The notes under the pieces were generated by a model. It saw nothing but the letters and a program-made list of their open reading frames with translations, had not been told where the DNA came from and did no database searches. A stretch of 64,000 nt of DNA, taken from positions 1 to 64,000 of the forward strand of contig JAFGOA010000071.1 of assembly GCA_016926735.1 (NCBI GenBank), given 5' to 3'. The position numbers were made by a program, and so were the translations under genes. Shown in pieces: positions 61,516 to 64,000 of the stretch; the stretch's first letter is position 1; each line of letters starts with the position of its first letter. The DNA is from Promethearchaeota archaeon. GTDB lineage: Archaea; Asgardarchaeota; Lokiarchaeia; Sigyniarchaeales; SOKP01.

Positions 61516-62709
61516 ATGACATTACCATTAGATAATATTCGTATTATAGATCTTAGTAGGATGCTTCCAGGACCTTATTGTAGTATGATTTTAGGGGATT
61601 TAGGAGCTGAAATAATACATATTAGAACCCCTAATCATCCTAATCCAGATATTCCTGTTTTCTATGAAAAAAATGGGAAGAAAATTAATGCTTTTGAATC
61701 TATTATAATGAGAAATAAAAAATCAATAACACTTGATTTAAAAAGTGAGGAAGGGAAAGAAATATTTTGTAAATTAATTGAAAAATCAGATGTAATTTTA
61801 GAGTCTTTTAAACCAGATATAACAAAAATTTTATGTATAGATTATGAAACTCTTTCAAAAATAAATAGAGGCCTTATATATTGTTCTTTAACAGGATTTG
61901 GACAAAATGGCCCTTATAGAAATTTGGCAGGACATAATCTTAATTATGTTGGATTGTCAGGAATCTTGGATTTAAATAGAGAACAAGCACGCTCTAAAAA
62001 TGAAGAACATGAGAATTATCCTATTCCTCCAGGATCTCATTCAGCAGCTATAAGTGGTGCTTATTCTGCAGCAATAGGAATTCTAAGTGCTATTATTGAA
62101 CGAGAGAGAAATCCAAAAAAAGAAGGACAATATATTGATATAGCAATGTTAGATAGTGCATTTTCAATAATGCCAATAATAGCAGCATTTAATTTTTCCA
62201 AAATTCCAAATCCTTTGCATGGTTCAGCTCCTTATTATCAAATATACAAAACTAAAGATAATAAATTTCTAACAATAGCTTCTTTTGAACAAAAATATTG
62301 GAAAAGATTATGTGAAATATTGGGACGCTCAGATCTATTGAATAAACAATTTGCTCAAAATGAAGAAAAAGAAGATCTCTATAATGAACTTCAAAAGGAA
62401 ATATTGAAAAAAAATCAGAAAGAATGGGAAAAAATACTTACATATAAGGATACATGCGTTTTTCCGATTAAAAATTTTAATCAAGCTTGTGAAGATCCTC
62501 AAATTAAATCGCGAAATATGATAATTGAGAGGAATTATCAAGATTTTGGAAAAATAAAGATGATTAACTCTCCAATAAAATTTTCTCGTACACCGATTGA
62601 AATAAAATCTTTAGCTCCTAAATTAGGAGAGCATACCGAAAAAATATTGAATGAATTAAAATATACAGATGAAGAAATATCAATCTTAAGAAAGAAAAAT
62701 ATCATTTAG
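61516..62709 (+). CDS. CaiB/BaiF family III CoA-transferase-like protein
   Basis: 'DLSRMLPGPY..LGDLGAE', 'RNKKSITLDLK', 'YCSLTGFGQ.GPY', 'APKLGEHT'. Confidence 0.9.
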   Translation: MTLPLDNIRIIDLSRMLPGPYCSMILGDLGAEIIHIRTPNHPNPDIPVFYEKNGKKINAFESIIMRNKKSITLDLKSEEGKEIFCKLIEKSDVILESFKPDITKILCIDYETLSKINRGLIYCSLTGFGQNGPYRNLAGHNLNYVGLSGILDLNREQARSKNEEHENYPIPPGSHSAAISGAYSAAIGILSAIIERERNPKKEGQYIDIAMLDSAFSIMPIIAAFNFSKIPNPLHGSAPYYQIYKTKDNKFLTIASFEQKYWKRLCEILGRSDLLNKQFAQNEEKEDLYNELQKEILKKNQKEWEKILTYKDTCVFPIKNFNQACEDPQIKSRNMIIERNYQDFGKIKMINSPIKFSRTPIEIKSLAPKLGEHTEKILNELKYTDEEISILRKKNII

Positions 62710-62868
62710 AGATTTTTGCTTCTAATACTCTCGTTTTACGATGATTCAATCATTATAAATTTAAAAATCTAAAATATGTACTATTTGACCATAAATTTAT
62801 TTAATATTTCTATTATTATATCATAGAGTAACTCTTATTAATTACCTTAAATCATCACTTTTAGTATT

Positions 62869-64000
62869 ATGTCAGAAGAATTAAACAACACAAAAAAAGA
62901 AATTGGGTCAGAAAAAGAAAATAAAGAGAAGCGTGAGGATGAAGTTCTTGAGGATACAGAATCCGAAAAGGCAGTAGTAATACAAGCAGAAGTATATAAG
63001 ACTATTATTTTGTATGCCAGTCGATATGCGAATAGTGCGATTCCACCTTCCGAATGGAAAGAAATATATGGGGTCTTAATTGGCTATATTGATGATGATT
63101 TTGTTCATGTCGAAAGAGCAGAGGCTTTAACTTTCGGACATGATACGGACGTACATTTAGATAATAGACATTACACATTTATAGCTCAAATCGATGAAGA
63201 ACTTTATAATGAAGGTAAGAAAAATCATATCGTAGGTTGGTTCCATTCTCATCCAAATTTAGGTTTATTTTTTTCTGATGTAGATTTAAGAAATCATTTA
63301 TTTTTTCAAACCCATAAAGATGGAATAGGATTAGTATTTGATCATACATTATTAGGAAAAAAAAAAATAGAGAAAGTTGAGGGGACTCCACATACAATAA
63401 GTAAATATGATACGGGATTCGAAATATACAGAATAACGGATATAACTATGAATCCAGATGATCCCAAGTTTAGTGAGAATTATCATAGTGTTGATTATAT
63501 AGTGAAAGGTCTAAATAAATTCTTTTTTGCAAATGTTTTGAATGAATTATCAGCTTTAGTCAGTGCAGGAAAACCATTACAATCGGCTTATGGCGAGGAT
63601 TTTACATTAGAGTCAAACTATAGAGGTAATTCAAGTTCAAATTATAAAGACCCCGCTAAATTGTATGATAATAATACCTCTTTTAGTGAAAAAGTATTAG
63701 ATAAAATACCCATAAAAGATAATATTTCTTTCAGTGGTGATGACTTATTTTATAATAACCCTTCTAAGAAAGAAAATAAAGATATAGAAATTAGAGAACA
63801 CGCTGAACAGTTAATATTTGAGGGAACACAATATTTTGAGAAGAAAGATATTGTTGATGGTGTTGAAAGATTTGAAAAGGCAATAAAAAAATATGAAAAA
63901 ATTGGAGAAAAAGAAAAAGTATTTGAATTACTAAAAAAATTATCCGAAAATTGTATCTCAAGTGATCATTTATATTTAGCAGAAGAGTTTGCTACTCGGT
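62869..64000 (+). CDS. MPN+/JAMM metalloprotease with downstream TPR-like helices (partial, runs off the window)
   Basis: Manual translation from the ATG at 62869: 'WKEIYGVLIG..IVGWFHSHPNLGLFFSDVD..GLVFD', a complete E..HxH..S..D motif. Later 'AEQLIFEG..FEKAIKKYEK' looks TPR-like. Confidence 0.9.
   Translation, partial: MSEELNNTKKEIGSEKENKEKREDEVLEDTESEKAVVIQAEVYKTIILYASRYANSAIPPSEWKEIYGVLIGYIDDDFVHVERAEALTFGHDTDVHLDNRHYTFIAQIDEELYNEGKKNHIVGWFHSHPNLGLFFSDVDLRNHLFFQTHKDGIGLVFDHTLLGKKKIEKVEGTPHTISKYDTGFEIYRITDITMNPDDPKFSENYHSVDYIVKGLNKFFFANVLNELSALVSAGKPLQSAYGEDFTLESNYRGNSSSNYKDPAKLYDNNTSFSEKVLDKIPIKDNISFSGDDLFYNNPSKKENKDIEIREHAEQLIFEGTQYFEKKDIVDGVERFEKAIKKYEKIGEKEKVFELLKKLSENCISSDHLYLAEEFATR

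Overview
Very AT-rich, gene-dense archaeal chromosomal window, most likely from an Asgard archaeon of the Lokiarchaeia type (inference from gene content). Archaeal markers: the Sm/Lsm-rpl37e pair, a tRNA splicing endonuclease subunit, SepCysS (pscS), PINA ATPase, an archaea-specific Ski2-like helicase and archaeal SepF. Eukaryotic-signature proteins: a divergent actin, a ubiquitin-like modifier with a GG+2 aa tail, an MPN+/JAMM-TPR protein (truncated at the right edge and missing from the ORF track), roadblock and longin-like proteins, a Rab-like small GTPase and a HEAT/PCI-like scaffold. Housekeeping genes include pdxS/pdxT, folD, purH, guaB and a ZIP transporter with a DtxR-type regulator. 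I found no rRNA, tRNA, CRISPR array or transposase. Best leads: (1) an actin lacking Q137/H161 with a double zinc-ribbon insert; (2) an unannotated ~130-nt structured RNA candidate at 57.25-57.39 kb; (3) a dispersed Ubl/JAMM/PCI-like set; (4) a CUB-to-longin single-pass receptor-like protein; (5) several apparent pseudo-enzymes (DRG GTPase next to a longin gene, EndA structural subunit, CoA-transferase); (6) a perfect 18-bp inverted repeat and a paired operator for the metal regulator. All family calls come from recognising motifs by eye; no database search or folding program was run.
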